This document shows, in pieces, positions 1-11,501 of a DNA stretch of 64,000 nucleotides (positions are counted from its first letter, which is position 1; each line of letters begins with the position of its first letter). The notes beneath the pieces were generated by a model that was not told where the DNA came from, ran no database searches, and was given only the letters and a program-made list of their open reading frames with translations. A program made the position numbers and the translations under genes. The stretch covers positions 248,001 to 312,000 of the forward strand of contig JBPGPT010000016.1 in assembly GCA_051047955.1 (NCBI GenBank), given 5' to 3'. Source of the stretch: Cystobasidiomycetes sp. EMM_F5 (Eukaryota).

Positions 1-58
1 TAATGCTGATCCACAGGAGATAAGAGAGCATGGACCGCATCTGACGAGTGTGATGCAG

Positions 59-286
59 CCTGCTACTTCTCTTGGTGGAGTTGAATCTCTCATCGAATAC
101 CGCCTGCAATCTGATGCAGCAGCGGATCCACGTTTGAGTAAGTTGCATGAGCCCAAGAGCGTTCAAAGTGTCTGATCCAAAGCACGACCAGTACGACTAA
201 GTATTGGTCTTGAGGACTTAGAAGACTTGAAGGAGGACTTCAGGCGTGCTTTCAAAGCCGTCCAGCACCGCGGAGTGGAGACCTAG
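59..286 (+). CDS. 3' end of Cys/Met metabolism PLP-dependent enzyme (cystathionine gamma-lyase/synthase family), 5' part outside window
   Basis: Exons 59-137 and 192-286 (GTAAGT..CAG intron) give PATSLGGVESLIEYRLQSD..DPRLIRLSIGLEDLEDLKEDF, the family C-terminal SLGGVESL / RLSIGLED motifs; TAG at 284-286. Confidence 0.85.
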
Positions 287-466
287 TCCGGGCAACGATT
301 GCCAGTTTGTGTAGCGGTAACGTTGCGCTACTAATCGATAGAATGGGATGCATACAAGGATTGTTATGGAGCGAATGGTACTATGATGCGGTGGCTACAC
401 GTGAAGCTTGTTCTTGCATCATCGTTTGCCAATACAATGATGCCTTGAATTGCAACAGCCAGCAGG

Positions 467-1674
467 ATGTCTGCGCAGCCTTGCCTATGGGAAGATGGAG
501 CACTCCGAGGCATTGACGTTTCCGGCTGGTCCATCGTCACTTGCAAGAAACCAATATTGGCAGCCAAGGAGATCGACGAGTGCGAACCTCGTACGGCGAA
601 GCTCTTGTATTCGCTGATACTGGCCTTATCAGAGCTACTGACAAACTCAGCATCCCGCTGCCGGAGATCACGTTTGGCAATAACTACGTTTCGCTGTCAA
701 GAAAAGGCAAACAACCTCAATTCGGCCTGTCAAGCAGGGACAATGACGCTGATACGGACATCGCCTTCAAAACACTCGATGCATTGGCCGAAGTAGACCC
801 GACCGGAAAGGACAATATCAAAGTCGCGTATGCAGACAAGTGGGCTAGTAGCCGAAACTTGGAAGGTTCAGGCGAAACTATCATTGAGACTGTCAAGAAC
901 TTTGACTGGACGTATTCTACATCGTACACAGGGACGACCGGTCCATCGCTCGTTCGTGCACTAAGCAAACGATGATTGCCATGATAATGGCTAAATATGG
1001 TCTTCCCAGAGCTTCTCCCGCGCTCCTGATGGCCATATGGGCATACCGTTGCATAAGTTAGCAAGGCAAGACGAGCCGATCTTATTTTATGATGATGTGA
1101 CCCTTTTCGAGGATGAACTACATGACAATGGCATCGCTAATCTAAATGTGAAAATCGTAAGTAGGATTCTGACGTAATCGCGCCATGTTACTGATAGACG
1201 TGCATGAAGCGAGTCATGCCATCATGCTTCTTCGTTCTATGCCGCTTCTTTCTCCGGGTCGACCATGTGCTGTTCCGCATTTTCGATGTGCGCCTCTATC
1301 ATGAATTTGGCAGCCAGGTAATCATTAGAGAGACCAAGGGCAAGCAGGCAACATATGACGCTGTCAAAAGTCGTCTGCCGAGGGAACAAGCCGAAGACTT
1401 GACGCCCTTGACCGACCCGAACTGGGTTGCCACCAACCTGGGGATGTTAGAGCAGACTTCGAGCGAGCTTCCAGCAGGAGGAGGAGCTGCAATATCGGTA
1501 TCTCCAACGTCTTCACGCCGAGCAGTTGCAGCTGGCATCAGCGTGCCGGTACGACATCCGGTTGTTGCCCAATTTGATTCTGATACCAAGGCAAACGAGC
1601 GTGCAATGCCTTCAGGGCAGACTTTGCCGTCTTGGACAGCTCTCGGCACGCATGTATACCTAGCGAGCGTCTGA
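467..1674 (+). CDS. TIP41: TIP41/TIPRL type 2A phosphatase regulator (multi-exon)
   Basis: Motifs LPEITFGNN, FDWTYST, ILFYDDVTLFEDELHDNG, RVMPSCFFVLCRFFLRVDHVLFRIFDVRLYHEF across spliced ORFs. Confidence 0.93.
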
Positions 1675-1714
1675 TGCAGTAGAGTCGTTGCGTACAAAGC
1701 CAGGGGCAAGCCTT

Positions 1715-2874
1715 TCATGTGGGCAATAAGTTATCCAAGCCGTCGCGAATGAGTGTTTCCCATAGAAAAGTGATTCCTTCTTGATGAGCTTTGGCAAAGA
1801 AACTGTCTTTGACTGTTTCGCTCGCACGCGCGATGATTTCGAGGTCTTCCGGCTGCTCGACACCCAATCTCTGCAATGCTGTCTTGATTGGCGAAATGCG
1901 TTCTGCACTCAGATACGTAGGCGTCAAAGATCTGATGAATGCATCGAGTTCATCCGACGGGACCAAACCAGCATCAACATTGGCGACCATCGTTTGCATC
2001 GATGGCCCGGAGTTCTCGGCTTGTGCAAAATAAATGTCCGTGTCCTCATTCTTTACCAGTAATTGAGGGCTTGCATGTCTACTGGAAGAGCCCCCGTCCT
2101 TCGTGGGTGATACAGGCGACCATTGCTTGCGACTACGAAACGGTACTCCCGTAGGTTCTGCTTCGTGCGGAGATACTCGCTCCTTGCCTTTCTTACGGCC
2201 AGTAGTGCTTCTTGGTCCTTCAGGACTGGACGGCGTAGGATACGGTCTGGAAGTATCTTGTCGGGAGGCTCTCTTCTTAGGAGCCTGCGCGTCTGCTGCA
2301 GATAAGGATGGCTGACGTCGCGTAGGTCGTGCATCCGGGTGCACGCGAGACCGGTTGGCTACAGGTAGTCGCTCCGAGGAAGCTTGCAATGAAATCGATA
2401 GGCTATTTGATGGAGAGGCTGCCGCCCGTGCTCGTGTCGTGTTGCCTCCATGCTGTTGTCCGGTGGGCTCGTTTGGCATCGGCGACACATGTTGAGGCTG
2501 TTTAAGGAGCTATCGAGCCATACGATTAGTTGCTGTAAGTAGGCGATTGTACACAGCTTACAATCATGTCGTCGTCGGAATCCGAGGCTTTGACGTTCTT
2601 CCGCCGCGCTATGACCGGACTGTCCCCTGCTTGGATGCGATAAGTATGCACCCGGCGGATCGGCTTGTGCATGTGAGCTTGTCGCACGGCGCGCTGTGAT
2701 TGACATGTCAGTACCCAGCATAAACGTAGATGTATCGCAAAAGATGGCGCCGCCTGTCAAGACAATGCTCACCTCAACGAGCGGGCTGCCCAGACGCGGG
2801 AGCGCTGTTTCAGCATCTCGCAAAGAGCCAGACTCGTCATGTTCACGCCCTGCTGATGGCTTCTTACGCGACAT
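1715..2874 (-). CDS. Hypothetical protein, disordered basic N-terminus plus small helical C-terminal domain (3 exons)
   Basis: ATG 2874 MSRKKP..SPLVE|GTGAGC intron|RAVRQ..DDDMI|GTAAGC intron|PQHVSPMP joins the 257-aa ORF 1715-2488 in frame. Confidence 0.65.
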
Positions 2875-3145
2875 GTGCTATATTGAATCGACACAACGAC
2901 TAGTCTTAGACAACAAAGAAGAAACTATCGAAGAGATCATACAAAAAGCGGCATTTTGGCTGCAGCCGCTAAAGACGAATGGCAATCTGAGCGAAAGGTT
3001 GAGAAAGCGCCAGCTGTTTATAGACAGCCCCGCAGTGGGCGGAAACGAACTCGACGTCTTCGCTATGGGTGGGTGAATGAGCATGAATTATATCAGGTCA
3101 CACGAGTGAGATCTGACGATGTTCTTAAAGGAGTCGACGTCGCAC

Positions 3146-4606
3146 TTATGTTGTCCTGGGCGGCAGATGATACTTGATATCGCGCGCTAACTTGTCTGAT
3201 CGGTTCTTTTGCTGAATCTGCCTTTCCATCGACTTTTCTGGAGACGCAAGCTGTGTTCGCTTGAATCTTGGCAGCGACTTGGTGCTTTCAGATGCGAGAC
3301 GGTGGGGCGATGACGCACCATCAGTGCGGGAGTAAGTACGCTTCAGATTTTCGCTCTTCTTGACACTTCCGGCTTCACGAGACTTTGGGCGGCTTGAAGC
3401 ATTTCCTACCTGAGATATTGTCGCTGCGGGCTGAAATCGCTCGTTGCCAGGCTTGGTGACGTGCATCACGGCCATGGCAGTAGTAGGGAGAGGCATGATT
3501 GGAGTATTTGAAGTGGAGGCGCTTGTAGAGGATCGGCTCAGAGAGCCAGGACGTGGGTTCAGTTCGACGTCTTTGCTGATTTTTCCTTTTCCCCAATGGC
3601 CTTTACTTCAAGTCAGCCCAAATGTCACAGTCAAGTTGCATCCGCTAAACTTACTGTCACACGCCTTGTACACATCCGGATTCATCGAGATCACGCATGC
3701 ATCACACATCCCTTCGCGACTGATCGCTAGACTCGGGTTACACTGCTTGTTAAGCTTGATGCAGCGGGCGCACTTTCGCCCTCTCCAGGTTTTACCTTCG
3801 GCCTTGACTTTGATGACGGCACCCGGTTCATCCTGAGATTTGGAAAATGCTGATAGTACAGGCTGGATGGGCTCGCGGCCGAAAGGATGTTCGGTAGCAG
3901 ATCGTGGATGAGCAGCAACATCGTCATCGCTCTCGTCAGGGGGCGTGATGGAGGTCTCCGGCGTATTTTGGCTCCGTAAACTTGAGGCAGACGAAGAAAC
4001 AGATACAGCCTGTGAATGACTTCGGCCGTCAGAATTGGATATAACGGAAGTCGTGCTCGCCGCGCTTTGTAGAATAGCGGCCTTGACTGGCTTCGAAGTG
4101 GACGCGTCCGGGAATGAGTACGGTATGGATGAGGTGGACGCAATAGAAGAAGGAAAGAGATAGTTGACACCGGAAGAGGGGAGCTTTGGCGGCTTCGCAG
4201 AGACGAGGTTGTCCCAGCTTGCGATTCTTGCTTGAGACCAAACTTGTGGCATCCAGATGTCAATCCGCTGAGGATTATCTTCGCGGCGTTTTGTTGAGAC
4301 AAACTTGTCATACGCGTCCTCATTCATCAAGCCCACGGAAGCCGTACCATAGAGTACTTTAAGAATGATAGCAGTACCGCTGAGGCCAAAATAGACGACT
4401 GCACGACAGACCGCCTCTTGAAGAGACGTGGGGCGTTCAAGGACGCCAGTCGTATGCTCACCGAGGTAGAATTCGATGAAACCTTGCCCAGGCTCCGGTG
4501 TGTCCCTGCAGCTGGACTCTCTGACAACTGGTGCAACATACTCGTCCTCGTTGTAAGCTACGGAGTAGTTGACAGCGCGGCGGGCACGACGCGATGATGT
4601 GCTCAT
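3146..4606 (-). CDS. Hypothetical protein with internal Zn(II)2Cys6-like cysteine cluster (2 exons)
   Basis: 332-aa ORF 3608-4606 containing CARC-x6-C-x11-CDAC-x11-C; GTAAGT donor and CTGAC..AAG acceptor join it to the frame of ORF 3146-3496. Confidence 0.6.
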
Positions 4607-4899
4607 CTTGCTCTGCGTTTCATCTGTTTGAGAGATTGAGGGAGTTGTTTACCGAATATGTAGATAGGAGAACAAGCCGGGAATTACTGAGTTGAGCACT
4701 CGCTTCCAGACCTTCGAGCCGGCTGATCGCGATGCGGTAATGGCTCATTGGCTCCTCATTGCCTTCCTCCAGCACTAACACCACCGCGGTCATTGATGAT
4801 GCATCTGAATATTTATAATGACCACGATAGCGAGTACCTGTGGGTTTGAATGTACCTGATTTTTATGCGTAATATGTATAGAAGCGGATTTGAGCAGTC

Positions 4900-6176
4900 T
4901 CAAGTGCCGCTGGCGCCATTGCGGCTTGCTGACGCCCATCGTCTCTCCATCTGTACATGTCTAATGCCATTACTTCGCCTTCTATTCCCCACTTCTTCTA
5001 CTCCCATGAGCATGGCCTCGCTGCCAAGACCTGCCCGAGCTGTCGCACTTGTCCGTACATCTATGACTCGTCCCATCAACTTGGGCTGCATTTGATCTGA
5101 CTCCTCATCGTCATGCTGAGTAGTACTTCCAGTCCTCATCTTGTCATACAATGCTTTGCCGGGTCCATATGAAGGCTGGGCGATAGTTGAAGAAGGCGAC
5201 TCCACCTTTCTGATCAAAGCCTGTACGCTTGAAGCATTTCTCAATCCGTGAAGCTGTCTCCGCAGGCTAGCTCGGTCAATATATCGCTGAGGAGGTCCTT
5301 CTCCATCTGACGAGTTATTCCCTGAATGAGTTTGAATCTGTTGTCCGCGGCTGGAAACAGCAGCCAGCATACTACGCTTCAGGCTTCGCATATCGGCCTT
5401 GTGATCGAGTTGCTTTTCCTCTTTTGTCCGGATCGTCCCGTGCAGATTAATCGAAGCGTCTTGTCCATCTCCCGGCTTTGCCTTGGTCACCGGTTGTTGT
5501 GCATCAAGTGGTACTTGGTATATAGATGGATCATCTTCGGGTGAGAACGTACAATCATTGCACTTAGATGGCTCTGCATGGATGTGGACGTGAAAGCGTT
5601 GCGTAGCGATTTTGATGGTACTGTGCAGACTTAAACGTCAGCTTTGCCTATAGATTTGTGAAGTCAAGGAGATGCTGTGACTGACTCGAGATGCTCTAAC
5701 AATCGCGGTGCACTTGCGGTGCCTTTCTCTGACAGTCTCTCCCACTCTGATTGTAGATGCCGACGTACAAAAGTCCCATGTGTACTGGCATTATCGACTA
5801 TGAACCAGCTCCCATTGTCATTTCCTTCCTCTTGAAATAGAGTAGCGTGTGTCTTGGAGACCTCGAGTGATTTCAGTCGGATCCGTGGCTCGAAAGACCT
5901 GTCTCGACCGATAGTTGTCGTGCAAGTTACGACAGCGAGTAACAGATGCACCGGAAGTAGATCCAGAGACGAGGAAGTAGCAGAGTGATGGACCACTAAG
6001 CGCAATGCTGAGCATGGTGGAGGTGGAGGTGGGAAATCGTGATTGTAATCAGAGGCTGCATCGATTTTCCGTAAACCAACTTGGCCGGGACGGCAGCTGT
6101 CAGGCGGGTCGTGCAGAGTCTTGCGTTTCTTGCTGTTGCTGCTGTATGCAGTGCCAGTATCGCTCAAGTCAGACAT
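4900..6176 (-). CDS. FHA domain plus degenerate G-patch protein, AGGF1-like
   Basis: FHA motifs IGRD, EVSKTHA, VDNASTHGTF; then VHIH..KCNDC, YIDRASLRRQ, and G-patch-like GPGKALYDKM..RAGLGS. Confidence 0.75.
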
Positions 6177-6279
6177 GTTTCAAGCACCACTACGCTTGAT
6201 CGAGACAAAGGCGCGCAGGTCACCTGTTCGGCGAGTGTTCTCTTCTCACCCATTTACGATACGACATCCGACGCTGTTT

Positions 6280-7125
6280 ATGATGCTGTGCTGGCTCACA
6301 GCATCGACCGTATTTGCTGTTCTGGCAGCCCTGCTCGCGCCGGCCAATGTACGCGGTTCAGCGTTGACAACAACCATTTCAGCGCATGAGCGGTCGTGCT
6401 TTTACGCGTGGGTCGATAAAGCGGGAGAGAAGGTCGGATTCTACTTTGCAGTCAGTGGCATACGCGATAACCGCGCCGCTGTGCGCTTTTGCCTGAATTG
6501 AGTACCCATTCGCAGGTGCAATCTGGCGGATCCTTCGATGTCGACTGGGTAGTCACAGATCCTGCCGATACGATTCTTCTCGAGGGAGAACGTGAAAGAC
6601 AAGGCGACTACATATTTACTGCACTCATGGAGGGCGAATATTCATTCTGCTTCTCGTGAGGATCACTTCGTTCCTGAGCCGCGACTGTACTGACTGTTGC
6701 GACGAACGCCTGCGAATCCAGCAACGACATGTCGTCCTTCTCTGAAAAGCTCGTCGACTTTGATATCATGGTCGAAACGGAGCCTCGCAATGTCGCTCCA
6801 GCCAAACCAACATCGATATCCGAGCAAACCTCGTCTCTAGAGGAGAGTATATACAAATTGAGCGGCAGTCTATCTGCAATTCAGAGAACCCAGAAATGTA
6901 CGTCTGCGTAAATCTGTGCATTTGTCGCACGCCCTAGCTGACAGCCTGTCGTTATCAGACTTTCGCACACGCGACCATCGAAACAAGTCGACTGTCGCTT
7001 CCACGAAGTGGCGTATATGGACATTCAGTATAGCAGAGTCGCTTCTCATGATAGTCATGTCTGCCTTTCAGGTATTTGTTGTCAGACACTTCTTCTCCGC
7101 ACCAGGCAAGCGCAGGCTTGTATGA
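6280..7125 (+). CDS. p24/emp24 GOLD-domain COPII cargo receptor (multi-exon)
   Basis: Signal peptide, ERSCFY, FYFAVQSGGSFDVD, GEYSFCFSNDMSSFSEKLVDF, coiled coil, FRTRDHRN, TM and FF plus basic tail. Confidence 0.93.
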
Positions 7126-7325
7126 TGGAAGAATATTTCCGCTGTATATTACTGTATGCAGCGTTGAGACAATCAATGCAGGGTGCGCTGTGTATAACGT
7201 ATGATGATAGCAAGAATATGGATGGCAACGGGCTACACAACAAGGTCAGAGCATGCTATCTGGAATAAACCTTCAACGAGCGATCCTCGCTAGTCGGAAG
7301 CACCCCCTTGGTACCCAGCGTGCGC

Positions 7326-8240
7326 TTAGAACAAGCAATCGCACAGAGCCTGTCAACGATAAGTTCTATTAGTAATGCAAAGGAGTGAGGTTGGGAATAA
7401 TCGCCCCACCTCTTCGGCCAAGCAGCAGCAGCAGGCTGAAAGCACAACGATTCAGTAACTGCATCAGACATACGGTATGCAACACGCACCACCAGCAAGA
7501 CATGCACTGTACGATAAACTAAATTTAGAAGCTGTGACGATTGCATACTTCGTCTGCGACTCACCAGCATCCAGCTCCAGCGCCTGCGCCGCCTTTGTTT
7601 GGTGCTTGTTGTTGAACATATACTGTTGTAGGATGCGTGAAAGATCAGATCCCGCTGGGTGTTTGAAAGTCCGTGGTAATGAAGCAACTCTACCTGGTTG
7701 CTGCTGATGCATTGGCTGTTGCGGGTAGTATTCTACCCAGAAGAAAGCACACGCGTGTGAGCTGAAGACTTGCGACAGCATTCGCGATATGTCGCAGAAA
7801 GACTCACGCTGCGGTCCGCCGTCTGTTCGTCGCGATCGATATATTGCACAGCACCGGTCAACTCGTGCGAAACGGTGCATCCGCCATATGTACGTACATT
7901 GCTGCTGGGGAGGACCTCCATAATACTATCAAGACAAGAAGAATGTTAGAAGGGTCTCTGCTAGCTTCCGGATAGAGATCTGGCCTTACTCCTTGCTGGG
8001 GCGGGCCACCCATGGGAGGACCATATTGTTGCTGCTGCGGGTCTGTACGACGAGCGAAGTGCACAAACGTAGAGTATCTTCGTCAGAGCCGTGTACATAG
8101 TATACAGTGTGTGAAGCCGCCCGTCCCTCTGCAACCAGCCGCAAGCTGTGCAAGCCGTTCCCGAGGGTGTCGCAAAACGTACATTGCTGTGGGTAGCCCT
8201 TCTGCTGCTGGTCGCCGCCGTAGTAGTTCTGCGCAGACAT
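7326..8240 (-). CDS. CYSTM (cysteine-rich transmembrane module) tail-anchored small protein, 8 short exons
   Basis: Spliced product MSAQNYYGG..Q/P/G/Y-rich..GAGAGCCACLAGACCCCLAEEALCDCLF*; all joins GT-AG and frame-consistent. Confidence 0.85.
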
Positions 8241-8566
8241 GGTTTCGGACTGTGGCTTGTGCTGGCGAGTGTGCGCAGTGTGCCGTGCAAGATGGACCGA
8301 AAGTAAGAAGTACAACTCGCCTCGTGGGCTGTCCCCGACTCAGACGGTGTGGCGAAAAGAATCATTAGTTACAACGAATGCGGTGCAGGTTTGGCGGTTA
8401 GTACTGCGTCGACAGATTCGTACAACACACGGACAATCCGCTTTACAGAAAGCCTGGCGCTTCTCCCAACTTCTCTTTGTGCGGGAACTGCCAGTAATAA
8501 TAGCAGGAAATTGGAGAGAAAGACATATGTGCTTATCTCGATAATGCTGTTTGGCTTTAGCACACA

Positions 8567-11283
8567 ATGCGCCGTCTACATGGTTTTGTGCATCTCCATG
8601 CCTTTAGTGGCTGTAGTCACCTGTTTTGGACGAAGCTACTCTCGCTTGCATTCACGCAATCATGTTTAGGTGACACTATGGGCCTGCATACAGCGGGCCA
8701 GTATTCTGAAATGTCGAGGACTGAAGCGTCTCTCCAAAGCGATGACGCGTCTGTCCAGAGCGACTCGCTCGTTTCGCTGATACGGAAAGCGCAAGACCGG
8801 CACTACAACAAGAGGGCTGTTGTTCCCAATACTCTACCAGCAGCAGCAGACTTCTACGTTCCTACTCTACCCGCAGCGCCAGAATCGCGCTACACGGTAG
8901 ACGATGTACTACCGGTCATGTACGCTGGCCACTTGCCGGCTTCATGGAGTATCACTGGCGACGGTCCCGGAGGCCGGGAAGCAGACGCGACATCAGACGC
9001 CAGACTCTTCTTCTTGCTTGTCAAACGTATGCACGTCGCTGAGAGAGAAAGGCTTGTGATTTGGTTTAACGGAGGTGTGTATATACTCAATGTCCCGCAA
9101 CACCGCAGCCGAATCTTTCCATCTTCCCTCCTCCTTTTGCTATCTTGCATTTCATTTATCTCTTTGCTCATGGTTGTGTCAACAGGCCCTGGGTGCTCTT
9201 CGTTCGATGGCGCCCTCCTAGAGATAGGTCCAGCACTCGTCAATGGCACAGGCAGCGCGGCCAGACTGCAACCAAATCCTGGACGATGGAACGAGTACGC
9301 AAACATCTTGTTCATCGATCAACCAGCTGGCACAGGTTACAGCTACCTCAACCGAGGGCAAGGCGTCTCAGAATTAGCTCCTGCCGCCGAGCAGATTGTC
9401 AATTTCTTAGGCAATCTGTACACTATATTCCCAGAGTATGGGAAAATGGATGTGAGTTGACGTCAAGATGTATGCGTACTGATCTTATAGAATCATCATC
9501 GCCAGACCTATTTAGCAGGAGAAAGCTACGCAGGAATGAGTATACCCTATCTGGCAAAAGCCATGCTGGCCACGCCCTCTTTACCGTCGTCTTCCGCATT
9601 GCGCGGCATGCTCATCGGGAACGGCTGGTTCGACCCCGTTTCACAATATCCGAATTACGTCGGCTATGCAAAAGCTAGAGGCGCACTCACTTCGTCCATT
9701 CGATCAAGTCCAGAATACAGTAATATGGTAGAGACTGATAGGAGGTGTAATGCTACACTCGCGACTGCTGCTGGACAAGGTCGCGTTCTCATTGATACCT
9801 GCGAAGCTCTCATCGATGCTGTCACGGCTGTCTTCCGGAAAAGGTAGGATGGTCCAGTCAGAGTGACAGACGAAATGTTGACTTTTGCGACAGCGCGCCA
9901 AAAGGTCAATGCGTTAGCTCGTACGATGTAAGACCGTCAGCCGCCAATTGTGGAGAATATCCGTCTGGCCTGCGATACGCAACACCGTATCTACAGGTCA
10001 GCTAATTCATCGAAAGACATGAACCGTAACCAACGAGTCCTGCGTACAGAGCCAACCGGTTGTGGACGCATTCCATGCAGCCAATAAGCTGACGAGATGG
10101 GTCCAGTGTAACGTGAGCCGCGTGACGTTCGAACCGGCAGATGCATTTGACACGTTCGGCAACAGGGAACAGTCGGTGCTGAGATGTGGTCCCCGGCTTC
10201 TCGACCGTCCGTAGAGCTTCTGCCCGACTTGCTCGACAAAGTGTCTATGCTTCTGTATGCTGGAGACGTAAGTCCGCTGATGATTCTGCTGGAGTATACG
10301 AATTGACAACCCTTCCTAGGCTGATCTAATGTGCTCATGGACGGGTATCGAGAGTATGCTTAATAGTCTGACCTGGCGAGGTAGCACAGGCTTTGGTAAC
10401 GCAACGAACGATGACTGGTTCGTCAATGGTACCCTTTCCGGTACGTGGAAGAGCGCAAGAAACGTCACATGGGTCAAAGTACAAGAGGCTGGCCATATGG
10501 TATGCATTATCCCACTCGCTAGGAACAGCGAATAGAACGCGACGTACTGAATACTGCCGACAGGTCCCTATCGATAAGCCGCATGCTGCGCACGATATCC
10601 TGCTGCGATTTTTGGGAGTGGATACTATCAAAGCAGCAGGCTCGGCATCCCGCATACCCTCCCACGTTGGAAAGGTTACGGATGACAGCAATGCAGTCAT
10701 AGGCAAGGTGTCTCCAGATGGCGGAACTTTGCCTGCCGTCAAATCCCAGCAAGCCGAGGCTGCTGCAGCCTCAGCAAGCGCTGCAGCCGCAGCCGTCGAT
10801 TTACACGATTCAGTGGGCCAGCCGATTGATAGGGATCGCGAGCTGTACTATGGGCCCAGACGGACTGGGGTGCTGGTCCTGGTTCTGATGACAGTCATTG
10901 TGGGATTTTGGGCTTTGTTGCGGTGGAGAGCGCAAGAAAGGCGTAAAAAGGGATGGAAATTAGTCAAAGATCGCAATCCGCTTTCACATTCAACGAGTCA
11001 CAGGAGCCTCAGCCATTGGACACCTGCAGCGACTCCCACTTCAACGAAAGAGTACCTAAATGAGACGAATATATACACGGGAGGAAGTATACCAAGATCC
11101 GCCTCGAGGGGAATGCGTCCGTATCCCTTGAGTGAAACAAATCTCCTCCAACGCATTGAGGAGCACGAGGAGAACGGATGGGGAGAAGCGGTGGAAACGA
11201 GCGATGATACATGGAACGACGCGACGGGCTCGGGCGATGCTCCTGTTGGCGCTAACGCGCACGCTGTTCCGCGCAGGCCATGA
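8567..11283 (+). CDS. KEX1: Serine carboxypeptidase S10, KEX1-like (C-terminal TM)
   Basis: WFNGGPGCSS (after splicing), LFIDQPAGTGYSY, AGESYAG catalytic Ser, IGNGW, AGHMVP, TM helix plus cytosolic tail; exact start uncertain. Confidence 0.85.
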
Positions 11284-11501
11284 TCCTAAATCGGAGATGT
11301 CGGTGCCCGCTTCCTCAGAAGTGCAGTGCAATACTTCAGTTGTTGTCATGATACAAATTGTAGCTCGGTACAATACAGCTTCCGCATGCATATCTCCGCC
11401 TTGAGAGCGTTTCTTCTGATAAAGCTTGAGGTGGCTGTCGCGCTTTTCAAACGAGCTTCGGAAACGCGTGCCTAGAACTTATCAACCAAACAACTGCCGA
11501 A

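Noticed and set aside
2696..3076. Plus-strand 126-aa ORF
   Set aside because: Overlaps the first exon of a frame-consistent spliced minus-strand gene; no motif
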